Assembly (NCBI GenBank): GCA_964016885.1
Contig: OZ024741.1
Location: 325,438,001 to 325,502,000, forward strand
Length of the DNA: 64,000 bases
Reading direction: 5' to 3'
DNA from: Eledone cirrhosa
Taxonomy: Eukaryota
Within the stretch, counting starts at the first letter, position 1; each line of letters begins with the position of its first letter. The notes beneath the pieces were generated by a model. That model was not told the DNA's origin. It was given only the letters and a program-made list of their open reading frames with translations, and did no database searches. The position numbers and the translations under genes were made by a program. Shown here piece by piece: positions 1-12,361 of this stretch.

Positions 1-265
1 GATATAAATTAAAATGAAAATATTTAAAAAAATGATAGAGTTAAAGTGGGAGAAGGTTCATAATAATTTTATAATTCAAGCAGTGGAAATGTCAGTGATT
101 AGGCTTCCTATATTGTTATACTAGCTGGTAGTATGATTATCGTATGATATGGACCTCCTGCGGGAGTCGTAATGACAAACAGCGTTTATTGGACATTTAA
201 AAAAAACCTGCTGGAGCCCATCTTCACTCCAGGTATGAATACAGCAGATTTCTTCCAGAGAAGGG

Positions 266-318
<53 letters not shown>

Positions 319-329
319 GGGGGGGGGGG

Positions 330-497
330 GGGAGAATCGACCCTCAGTTCTAGACTGGTACTTTTTTTTTATCAATCACGAAAGTATGAAAGGCAAAATT
401 AACCTCAGCGCGATTTGAACTCAGAGAGCAGAGAGCCGAAACGAATGCCGCAAAGTATTCTATCCGACGTTCTAACGTCTCTATCAAGTCGCCACCT
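330..497 (-). mobile_element. tRNA-derived SINE (family A), diverged
   Basis: Reverse complement carries a B-box (gagttcaaatc) and the core gcctttcat...gataaaa...gtaccag shared with the other family A copies. Confidence 0.7.
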
Positions 498-689
498 TTC
501 GATAGAAAGTATACCATGGAGCAAAAGAAAGATGATATCTTTGTTGGATAGATTCAACGGATTGCCATTGTTCATAGAAAAGCCCTAATTATATTAATGT
601 CTATAAGAATGTGCAGTATAAAATTCTACCGCATAGGAGCTATTATATATTTCAAGTCTAGTCTGTCTTGAGCTCGGAGGTTCACCAGA

Positions 690-917
690 CTGGCGTTTAT
701 CCAGGTTTCAATGGTGTGAAGCGACTGATAATACAAGACTCCCCCTGGATATGAAACCAGTCCATCGCAGGGTTAAACCCTCAGCTGTTGCTGGTACTCT
801 TTTTCAGCTGAGTATACTGGGGTAATGTGAAATGAAGTATTTTTGCTCAAAAACGCAACACACAACCCAGTCCAGGAATCGAACCCATGAAATTATGCTC
901 GTAAGTCCAACACCCTT
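690..917 (-). mobile_element. tRNA-derived SINE (family B)
   Basis: Minus strand has B-box ggttcgattcc followed by ttgagcaa...cagtatactcagctgaaaa.gagtaccag; similar to 59340-59620 and 61659-61980. Confidence 0.65.
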
Positions 918-1290
918 ACTACACAGACACACACACGCACACAGACACACACGCACACAGACACGCGCGCACACGCACACATACACACACACACACATAT
1001 ATATATATAAACATACATACATAGGGACAGAGATAAACAGAGACATAAGCACAGACACAACATCGCGATAGGAAGGCCTGCGCTGTTGTTTTTCCCCATG
1101 CAGCGTTTTGGGGTCAGATAATTTAACAACTCCAGTAAACAGAGATATTAATATATAAATATTTAACCCAATTAATTAATTATAATGATGTAAACAACCT
1201 CGTAAACGATGAACAATAACAACACACACAATAATATGTTTGTGTGTATGTGTTAGTATATGTTTGTATGCATTTATGTATAAATATATG

Positions 1291-1751
1291 CAGTGGCGAA
1301 CTGGCCAGGTCGCCAGGTTGCCTAATGGCGAGTGGGCCCCAGGGGGCCCACGGTTGCATTGCAAGGGCCCACAGTAGCATTGCAGGGCCCACTGTAATAT
1401 TTTAAGGGCCAATGCTTTGCTTAAAAAAAGCCCCTCCACCTGAATAAAATAAAAATAAAAATAAAACAATTAAGCAAAGCATTTGGTCAACCAATTCCCC
1501 AGCGAATTACTAGAAACGAAAATGTACGATAGTGCAAATAGCTGGAATCAGTGGTTGTACATTCTACTAAATCTAAAATGTATTCATTCATGTATGCAAA
1601 CATACATGTATAGACAATTATACATGTATAGACACAGGCACTCAAGCATATATATATATTTATATACTTACACACGAACTACTGACCAAATAATATTTGG
1701 TTTCAATGGGTTAAAGACATCTATCAAATCAATTAGTGGTGAAGGTGGTAT

Positions 1752-1783
<32 letters not shown>

Positions 1784-2541
1784 AAACACACACACACATA
1801 TTGACTGAGTGTGAAAGGCCAACGGTTATTATTGAAAGTCACTGGATTTCGCAAAATACGCCCAAATAATTTAGAAGTCGACCTGAAGTAGGAGCAATAA
1901 CATTAAGAAAGACATCAACGACATCACAACACTTTGTTTTGAAAATTTTGAAAGTTGTTTATAAGTATGAATTTTCGTAGTTGTCTCTGTGACCTAGCGG
2001 TAGGCAATAGCGATGGTGGAGATCCTGACCTTGGGTTCAATCCTTGTCAAGAGGTACATGTAACCTTTTTCAGTTTTTATTTTACAACCAATAGAATAAA
2101 ACTGAAAAGGTTTACCGGGAACCCTACTCCCGACCAGGATCGAACTTCAGACCAGGATCACCACCGCCTATGATTCCTCCAACTAGGCCATCGAGACAGC
2201 TACGAAAGTATAATGAAAATTGATACTTATAAACCTACTTTCAAAATCAAAGTTAAAAAGATGTGGTGTCATTCATGGCTTTCCTAGAGCTATTAGTAAT
2301 ATTCAGAGTCGACTTCTGGTCATTATTGAAAGTCTCTGGATTTCGCAAAATACATAATATTTTTTATTGGAGAAGGTAAGATATTTTTCTGCAAAAATGT
2401 GATTGCACTGTTTTGTTTCCACGTATGTATTTCTCGAAAATGTTATTTATTCATTATAAAAATTAAATGATAGCATTCTATATGTAGGTGGGCCCCCTTC
2501 ATCTCCTGGCAACCCATATTTTTAGACCCAGTCCGCCACTG
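1291..2541. mobile_element. Non-autonomous hAT-like DNA transposon
   Basis: TIRs cagtggcgaactgg / ccagtccgccactg, subterminal gggccc repeats, and an 8-bp TSD aatatatg (1283-1290) / aatgtatg (2542-2549). Confidence 0.75.
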
Positions 2542-2560
2542 AATGTATGTATATGTATAA

Positions 2561-2561
<1 letters not shown>

Positions 2562-2620
<59 letters not shown>
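2562..2620. repeat. (TATC)n microsatellite at the 5' junction of the LINE
   Basis: Read directly from the sequence. Confidence 0.95.
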
Positions 2621-2621
<1 letters not shown>

Positions 2622-5600
2622 GGAGACTTTTCTAGGGACGTCCCGCTCCTTGCTATTAGTGGGGGACTGGAATGGTATCCTAGATGCACGCTGGGACTAC
2701 GTAGGGGCCTGCCCCGATAGAGAGGGGTGTAATAGCCTCAAAGGGTTAATCGGTCGATTTGACCTGGCCGATAGATATCGACTAGATTTTCCGACTGCGC
2801 CAACCTGGACTTGGGCAAATCGTAGCGGATCATCTAGGTCGTACCTAGATAGGTTCTTAGTTAGAATTAAGGATAAGGACTTTTTAAGTTGTCCAAAAAT
2901 GCGCATGGTTGGCTATTCAGACCACAAATTAGTGACCTGCATGGTCAACCTTGACAGAACTCATAGACAGGGCCCCGGTTACTGGAAGCTCAACTTGTCC
3001 TTGCCGGCAAGTAGAGCCTACAGGAATCGGATTAGTACGTTAGTTAAGGAACGGTTGACTGGAGCGATCGTCAACAGCAGGTGGTGGGTATCTCTAAAGA
3101 GAGAGATTAGAGTAGTCTCGATAGAATTTAGTAAGGTTCTAGCTGCGGATAGGAATAGGAAGGAAAGGGAGCTAATAGATAGAGTAGAAGAGGCAATTAG
3201 AAGCGGCGACGTGGCCAGAGTGCTAGCGTCGAGAACGGCTTTGAGCCAGTTTTTCGACGCGAAGCACGAAGGCTGCGTTGTCCGAAGTAAAATACGTGCT
3301 CTAGGGAACGAGGGGACCAAAGCTGTTAGCTGGGCCCGCGTGACAGAGGCCAACAGTGGAACTAAATCCACCATCCGGTCTTTGCGAGACCTGGATGGAC
3401 GGGCGATTCTTGAGCCTAAGCAGATGTGTGAGGCCTTTCAAAGGCACTTTGCCCGACTGTTCGGGAGGGGCGGGGAGCCGGTTGGGAACGTGGACTTCGG
3501 TCCATACCTCGACGGCCTGCCGCGCCTCTCGGACAGGGAGGCGAAGTCCTACGAGGAGCCGATTTCGGCCGCTGAGATAGAGGACGTGCTGAGCCAATGC
3601 GGCAAACGCAAATCCCCGGGTCTCGATGATCTTCCTTACGAATTATATCTAGCTATGCCGGACTTGTTCCCCGATCTCCTCGAGGCGGTCTACTGCAACT
3701 GGCAACAGAACGGGAGAATTCCCTGTACTGTGACCAAGGGCGTAGTCACGCTAGTGAGGAAGGACGAGAACAAGGGGGACGAAATAAGTAACTTCAGGCC
3801 CATAACTCTGCTAAATACAGAGTTACAGATTTTGGCCAAGGTGCTAGCAAAGAGGTTGGCGCTTGTCGTGGGCAACCTGGTGGGAGATGCGCAGACATGC
3901 GCTATCCCGTCCAGGTCCATCCATGACAACCTCCACCTCATGCGATACATCATAGAGAGGGTTGGGAACGAACCCGGCTTTGGTGGGGCTCTGATCAACT
4001 TGGATCAATCTAAGGCGTTCGATAGGGTCGACCATGGTTACCTGGATGCGGTGCTAGCGGCGGCAGGCTTCGGACCCGTTTTCAGGGGCTGGATCACTGC
4101 TATGCACAGCAGCCGCATCTGCTCTAGGGTCAAGGTGAACGGCTACCTCTCGGAGCCGTTCAAAATCGCGCGGTCCATCCGACAAGGGTGCCCTCTCTCC
4201 TCCCTTCTGTATGTGTTGACTCTCGAGCCACTACTGCGGAAGTTGGAGTTGTTGCAGGGCATCCCTTTGGAACCGGGATTGCGGAAAGCGGTGTCGGCCT
4301 ACGCCGATGACGTGACAGTAATGGTGTCGATGGCCTCCGAAATCGAGGCGGTCGGCACCTTACTGGAGGAGTACGAAAAGTTCACAGGGGCTAAGCTGAA
4401 CCGGGACAAGTCGATCGGTTTGCAACTCGGCACGTGGAGGGGCAGACCGATGCCCTCCGATGGCGTCGTCGGACGCTGGACGGAGGGCCCGGTGAAGTTG
4501 CTCGGGGTCTGGTTCGGACCGGACCTCCAGGTGGAGAAAAACTGGGCGGAGGTTACGAACAGGGTGTTTGCACTGACCCAGAAGTGGGCCAGTTGCAAAC
4601 TATCCCTGAAAGGTCTGGCGGAGGTGGCGAACACCTACATAGCGTCCGTCATCTACTACCGCCTGACCGTAGTGCCCTGCCCAAGGGAAACCCTCACCAA
4701 GATGGAGCGCACGCTCTTCCAATTCCTTTGGAAGAGGCGGGCTCCTATGGTGAGGAGATCCATCTGCTGTCAACACCCTTCGAAAGGAGGGCTGGGGATG
4801 CCGTGGCTAATGATGCGTAAACACGCATTAAGGCTACGGCACCTCTACGTATTCCTCACCGGACAACGCGTGTGGGCCTCGTTTGTGAGACGAACCTTTC
4901 CCAGACTCGTCTCACTCACCGAGCTGCAATCCTGGGTCAAGCAAAGACCGAGAAAACTGGGCGCCTGGCACACTGAGTGTGCCCAGGCGCTCACCGCCCT
5001 CTGGCAGGCGGATCCGGTTATCAGTGGAGACTCCACCGCAACATTCTATAGAGGGCTGGTACGCAGCAGGTGCGACGGCGCCCTCGGAGAGGCCCTAGAC
5101 ATGGGGGAGGACGAGCTGGCCGGCCTGTTCGGTGGGACATTCGGCCCGGGACCTATGGACAACTTCCAGGGGTCCCTGGCCTGGCAGTGCTACCGAGGAG
5201 CTTTGCCCGTTCGAGAAAGGCTCTGCAGACACGGGCGCCCGGGTAGGGACCCCGCCAGAAGGATCTGTCCCAGATGCGTGTGCGACGAGGAAACCGTTGC
5301 ACACGCATTGGTGCACTGCTCGGGCGTAGCCGATCTGTGGGGCTATGTCGAACAACTGCTGTCAAGGGTGGGACCGATCCGGTTGACCACCGAGTCTATT
5401 GTAATGATCAAGCCGCCTCCCCCCTTCAAAGATGAAGCAGAGGCGGTGTTTCTGTGCGTAATAGCCATGGCGAAAGAGGTTGTATGGTGGACGCGTCTGA
5501 AAGGACTGAGGTCAGGCACCTTTCTCTCTGGCCAACAACTGGTCCGTTTCTTCCGATATCATTTCGGAAGAAGGATCAGGATGGAGAGAGAGGTGCTGCA

Positions 5601-5682
5601 CCCCAGTCGTTTTTATGAAAGGTGGGTGAAAGTGGCGAGAATGGCCCGTGTGAATGGGCCTTCTCTTTACATAAGCCTGTAG
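2620..5682 (+). CDS. 5'-truncated ORF2 of a Tx1/L1-clade LINE (C-terminal APE endonuclease, RT, zinc knuckle); frame open but no native start
   Basis: GDWN, SYLDRFL and SDH (APE); PGLD, FRPITLLN, LDQSKAFDRV, QGCPLS and YADD (RT); CPRC...H...C knuckle. The N-terminal 44 aa of the ORF-track entry is flank and microsatellite. Confidence 0.93.
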
Positions 5683-6000
5683 GTGGAAAAGAGGAAGGCA
5701 CGAGGGAGCACCCCCTCTCTGTGCTCCTGAGGAAAAGGGTTGCACACTTTTTTCGGGGGTGTGTGCGACCCCCCAAGGCGCCTCCTCTCTATTGAGGATT
5801 TTGTTATAAATTTTATTTTTTGTTATATTTTATAACAAAATCCTCTATTGAGGATTTTGTTATAATTCTATTTTTTGTTATATTTTATTTTATTTTTATA
5901 TATTGTTATTGCCTCCTCCCTATTGAGGACGCCTTGTTTTGTAAACTCCCCCCATTGTACTTGTCCCACTTTTGATGCCCTTGTGGCAAATAAAAGAAAC
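2620..6000 (+). mobile_element. Tx1/L1-like LINE with 3' UTR, flanked by (TATC)n on both sides
   Basis: ORF2, then a 3' UTR ending aataaaagaaac, then (atct)n at about 6003-6027. Confidence 0.9.
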
Positions 6001-6169
6001 ATATCTATCTATCTATCTATCTATCTATGTACATGCATATAAACAAATGTACATAAATACAAGCGTGTATATATATATATATATATATATATAAGGAACG
6101 ATCGACTTTAGTCAAATTGGACCGAGGAAACAATGTTTCCATTGGTCTTTCCAATTGCTAATACTATCT

Positions 6170-6305
6170 ATCTGTCGCAACTCCAGGTAGAAGGAGCAAT
6201 GTGAAATAAAGTGCCTTGCTCAAGGACATAACGCATCGCCCGGTCCGGGAATCGAACTCACAATCTCGCGATTGCGAATCCAATTCTCCAACCACTCAGC
6301 CACAC
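6170..6305 (-). mobile_element. tRNA-derived SINE head (family B-like)
   Basis: Minus strand has A-box tggctgagtgg and B-box gagttcgattcc, then ttgagcaaggcactttatttcac. Confidence 0.65.
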
Positions 6306-7099
6306 ACCTATTTGTTGATACATACACACATTCATACATATATATACACAAAATATACACATACTCACATAAATATGTATATGAAGATGTTGACTTTATC
6401 ATTTGAGAAAGTGCATTGGACGATTTAGACTTGTTTTCATTTTGAAACCGCTGGTAGTGCGGTGCTAAGCCAAACTGTTAACATAAATATTCAACTGCCA
6501 CATCATATGTTGCTTGCTCTTTCGTTTGCACCTCCCTACAACTGTACACACACACACACACACATGCACCACACCCACCTACATACACATACAGAAAAAA
6601 GCAAAGGCGTTTTGGTAATGAAGAGAAACAATCTATAATCGATAATACTTCCCTGGCTTTACCTTGGATTTATTTGATCTGTACGATTAATAATCATAAC
6701 AACTCATTGAGCTTCCCAGCATGTTGTTTACTAAAGAGATATCTAACACCATGAACGGCACCTAAGTTGATGCCATCACGCTATACTTACTGTTAAACAC
6801 AAGAAAGAACACATACAACTCCACAAAACAATACACTAATATACTAACTAAATATCTAAACAATTTCTGTAGACTAAAGTATTCATAATGATAAATATAC
6901 TAACTTCACATAGACACCAATATTTACACTCTTTTGCAGTAGCTAACGAAATAATGTACACAACGAATTGAATACACGATGCTACCAACAAATGAAATAA
7001 CTCACACAAGTGATGTAAATAATTTACCAAACACTGAGAACTACAATATGACTAAAAAATTGGGACTTTGCAATCTAGCATAATCTGCAATTCAATCTT

Positions 7100-7596
7100 T
7101 CATTGTTATATACCATGTCTAGGGTGGCGGATTGGCAGTATCGGTAGAGGGTCGGACGCCATGCTTTCCAGCATAGAGTTACGGCTCTTTATGATCTGAG
7201 CCCAAATCCCGCCGAGGTTAACTTTGCCTTTCATCCTTATGGGATCGATAAAATAATGTACCAGTCATACACTGGGGTCGATTTAATCGACTTTCCCCTC
7301 CCCTCAAATAATTGGCATTGTGCCTATATAAAAAAACTCATTATTATACACCATGTCTAGGGCGGTGGATTGGCAGTATCGGTAGAGGGTCGGACGCCAT
7401 GCTTTGCAGCATAGAGTTAAGCCCCTTTATGATCTGAGTTCAAATCCCGCCGAGGTTAACTTTGCCTTTCATCCTTACGAGGTCGATAAAATAAAGTACC
7501 AGTCACGCACTGGGGTCGATGTAATCGACTTTCCCCTCCCCCCCAAATTGCTGGCCTTGTGCCTATATAAGAAATCATTATTATATACCATGTCTC
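7100..7596 (+). mobile_element. Tandem pair of family A SINEs (~238-bp unit)
   Basis: Two near-identical SINEs at 7121-7340 and 7360-7580. The junction tcatt.ttatata..ccatgtct occurs three times. Confidence 0.85.
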
Positions 7597-8347
7597 TGGT
7601 CACGATATTCATTGTTATTGGGTTATATTCTGATCTGAGGTTCCTGAGCTTTTAAATGAATTGGGGCAAAAATGTACAGTTCTCCTCGTAACGCGACCTA
7701 AAGGAATGTAGATGTGGTAATATCGGTTTTTCAATTTTTTGCTTACTCTTGTATAATTCCTTTCAGTACCGTCAGAGTATGTCATAACAGCTCAATATAC
7801 TACCGCTTTAATGAAGAAGGATACTTCAACAGTGTAAGCTGAAAACCTCTGTAGTTGCATATTAGTTTTAACGGTTGGTGGAGCCTTTTAGATACATGTT
7901 TTAGGCTATGGTGTGAGATATAGATTCCAGTGTAATTCAGGCAAAAATAACTGACCATAACGTTATGTCTGCCGAAGAGCTCGTTGTATTTGTGCAAAAT
8001 GTGAGCGGCTGTGTGTGTATATGTGTACTTGTATATAGGGAGAGCAGCTTATATACATACGTACCCGCACATAAATCAATAACAAGACATTAAAAATGAG
8101 AAAATTGTCGTTTTATTCGAGCAAAGCATGAATACCACTAACTCAGATACATTTTCCTAGTTAATATATATATCCTTGTCTGAGCAACACATCAATAATA
8201 GAAACATTTTAATGAGAACATTTTAAATATTGGTTTAAACTACTTCAATAATATGATGGACTGTATTGATTTATATAAAATGGATAAATGGATAAATAAA
8301 AAAATACATAAATATACCGGCCAATAAAGAAATGAGGAGTGTGTAGT

Positions 8348-8415
<68 letters not shown>

Positions 8416-10259
8416 CATATATGTATATAGAAAATCATATAATAAGATACACCCCGCCCATATATATAAATTTGATGAGTGAAAGAAATGAGTAAAGCAA
8501 GTATAAAAATGTAAATAGATTTTCTGTTGTCTTTGTCCTTAATACACATACACACCTTCACACACCCACTCTCTCTCTCTCTTTCACACATACACACGCG
8601 CACACACACAAATATATATATATATATATGTATATTTATATATATCCCTATACACATATATACATCACCAAACTGGAGTAAAGGATAAAGGGAAGAAAAA
8701 GTCAGAAGAAGAAGAAGAAGAAGAAGAAGAATGAGTAGGAATAGGTAAAAGCAATAACAGCAACAATAATAACCAGAAAAACGAGCAAGAGACACAAACA
8801 ACAACAAAAATAAATTGAACTTAGCTACTTTAATGTGATTGCATAATGATGTAAAACGTGTAGCTTGCTGAAAGCAAAGCAACTAACCGCCCCACCAACC
8901 AACACCACCGCCGCCGCCGCCACGACGAACAATCCCTTGACGACCATCACCTCCACTATATAAGCCATTGCTCCCATCTCCAATACCGCTATTGTCACCG
9001 CCGCTGTCACTAGCATTCCCATCACCACCACAATCCACCCTGCCACCACAACCATTGCAAACGTCACCGCAACCACCATAACCAACACAACCGCCACCCC
9101 CATCAGCATAAGCACATCTCACCATTAGCAGCAAGCCCAGCGCCATCACCGTTAGATCCTACATTAAGAGGATCTAATAAAATACAATTGGTTATATTTG
9201 TCTGCTGGGACGCTAAATGTCCAAATTGTTAAGTACTTTGCATTGCAATCACAGCGTCCCGGTTTCGAATTAACCGTATAGAATCTTGTTCAAGTGACTT
9301 TTTTTTACTACAATTTCGGATTCATCTTAACTTTAGGATTGTTTTTCTTGCAGGCGTTTTATTGCAACTGTTCAACAGAAGCATAAAACCCGTTTGTTTC
9401 ATTAGTATAGGAGGACTGGTAAAGGCCATCAGTATGGTCCTATTCTTTTCTGAACCACGTAAAAATACGGTCTACTTCCTCTGAAATCTATCGAGTGTGA
9501 CCGGAAGTCCATTTTGTTATGGTCCTAGATCATCCCTAATTGGAGTCGAATATTAAGAAGTTCGCTCCGCAATTATTATGTCTCGGATTCGATCTTACTG
9601 CATGAGATCTTGCCCAAGCATTATGATAAAATTAGGTAGATAGAAACTGGTTTGAAGCCGCCCACCAGAATGTCTGTATTTGCAATCCAAAGAACCATCC
9701 TTGTCATCCAATATATCTCGCAGAATCTGTCTGGGTATGAATTTTAGCCTTGATTCAGCAGACTTTCCTGGGCCCATTGCATCCAGGAACAGATTTTCCA
9801 TTTTGCTTTACAGATATAGTGGATATTATATCGCAATATTTAATGTTTTGCTATCTTTTTCAAAACGGTAAAATATGATTTGATGGAGATTTGGCTGCTA
9901 TTTTTCTGTATGCCGACTCACCGTCAACAGTCTCCTATCTTTGGTTTGTCTTAGTCTTCATCGACAAATAAAGCATATATACGACTTTCAGGACCCTGAA
10001 GTGGGATTTCTGTTACATCCTGAATTAGCTTAGCAAGAACGCTAAAACTGAACGCTAAAAATAAAGGCCTCCTTTAATCATGATTGACCATCAGTTTGCA
10101 ACTGGATAGTTCCTTTCCAAGTCGTATGTCTGGGCAAAGTGTTTTGTAGAAGACCATCAGTCTTCTCTCTCCACACCACTGATATTGTCCAAGAGAAAGT
10201 AACAGCCATTGACGTTGTAAGTCATTTTCTCAAGCTGAGGTGAATGGAAAACGTGAAAA

Positions 10260-10460
10260 TAATAGTTTCTGATTTAGACACCAATAGTTTTGGGGGAGGG
10301 GAAAGTCGATTAAATCTACCCCAGTGCATTACTGGTACTTTATTTTATAGACGCCGTAAGGAGGAAAGGCAAAGCTAGCATCAGTGGTATTTGAACTCAG
10401 AACGTAAAGGGCTGTAACTATATGCCGCAAAGCATGTTCGATATTCTACCGATACTGCCA
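10260..10460 (-). mobile_element. Family A SINE, diverged
   Basis: actggtactttattttat...gaaaggcaaag...tttgaactcag. Confidence 0.65.
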
Positions 10461-11049
10461 TTCTACAAGGAATAATAATAATAAAAAAATTATTTCGGAT
10501 ATTTGCGCTATAAATAGTGAATATCTCGGTCTTTTGTGGCTACATGTATGTATCAGTGGGTGATTCGACCTATTGGCCTCTTTACAGAAATCGTAGTATC
10601 TATTTCCGATAACGAAGTGAACTGAGTCAATGTAGAATATCGTCTGCTAACCAGAAACATAGCAAAAACTTTATTCCCTTGATGAAAACTGTCGAAAGAA
10701 AATAATCTCTTTGTGCGGAGTAATACAGAAGTAATTTGCCCACAGGTCACAAACTGATATACAAATCAATGCCCTATTTACAAAAAGAGTGACGTCTGCT
10801 TATATTACGTTTCTTAACATCTCTTCACAGGAACATTTCGAAAGTCTTTTTAATCGGAGGGAAACCAACTGCTTTACTCTCGTTAAATCAGTTTTTTTAG
10901 TGGAGTTCTTTTCATAATAATCCACAGTTTAATAGAATATAATACAATAAAATAAAAAACAAAAACCCCAAAAAACAGAATCAAAAACAAAATGAGAAAT
11001 CTCATGTTCTTCATGTCAGCCAACATTGAATCTTAAGAAAGAAAAGTGA

Positions 11050-11469
<420 letters not shown>

Positions 11470-11863
11470 TCCTATTTGCAGGCCAGAGATTTTCACTGAA
11501 GTAACTGAAACTTTGCATGAGGATACTTCTCAAGAAGAAGGTCACAGGTTATGTGGTTCTTTTCGTATATTTTTTGTAAACTGGGACAAGGCCGAGTATT
11601 GCAGCTAGAATTGAATAAAATGAAAGCCAACGATAGCTAAACTGTCAGCTTTTACTACTCAACAACCGACAAGTGGGTTACCAGTTCGGATATTGTCGAA
11701 AGCTCTGGACCTGTCTATTTGACCCCTACAGGCAGTAAATTGACAGATATGTTTGCCTCATTCATTCCGGCTCTTCGCAATCTGAGTTCAAATCCCACCG
11801 AAGCGTTCCATTAGTTTGGGTTTGAGGTTAATTATTTCTCTATCATCATCATCATGATCATCA

Positions 11864-11985
11864 TCTTCTTCTTCTTCTTCTTCTTCTTCTTCTTCTTCTT
11901 CTTCTTCTTCTTCTTCTTCTTCTTCTTCTTCTTCTTCTTCTTCTTCTTCTTCTTCTTCTTCTTCTTCTTCTTCTTCTTCTTCTTC
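11864..11985. repeat. (TTC)n microsatellite
   Basis: Read directly from the sequence. Confidence 0.95.
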
Positions 11986-12063
11986 CCTTTATATTTTACT
12001 CCAGTTTGGTGATGTATATATGTGTATAGGGATATATTTATATATATATTCTAACCAGTTAAC

Positions 12064-12186
<123 letters not shown>

Positions 12187-12316
12187 ATAATTAAAATACT
12201 AGAGTGCGTTGGAGTTATAGAAATGACAGTATAAGATATAGCTCAATGTAATATAACAGAGCCGAAAAATTATAAAAAATAAACAAAGAGGCTTTCAATA
12301 CATCAAAAGTCTTTAT

Positions 12317-12361
12317 TAGCCAACAATGTTTCGTCCCATTAATAAGGACTCATCAGGGCAA
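12317..12361 (-). ncRNA. Minimal type I hammerhead ribozyme
   Basis: gcc-CUGAUGA-GUCC-uuauuaaug-GGAC-GAAAC-auu-GUU-ggc, followed by uAAUAAA. Confidence 0.8.

Noticed and set aside
2488-2619. N-terminal extension of the 1064-aa ORF
   Set aside because: Derived from the hAT end and (TATC)n with a GTG start; chance read-through.
7121-7220. Genuine tRNA genes at A/B-box sequences
   Set aside because: They continue into multi-copy SINE bodies and lack clean cloverleaves.
8825-9149. Gly/Val-rich ORFs (also 42078-42574 and 45049-45530)
   Set aside because: Degenerate (CAC/CAA)n low-complexity tracts without exon evidence.
9500-9880. Possible host exon or transposase relic (also 39680-39960 and 42660-42920)
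   Set aside because: No recognisable motif or convincing splice-site pair. Small host exons cannot be excluded without RNA-seq.
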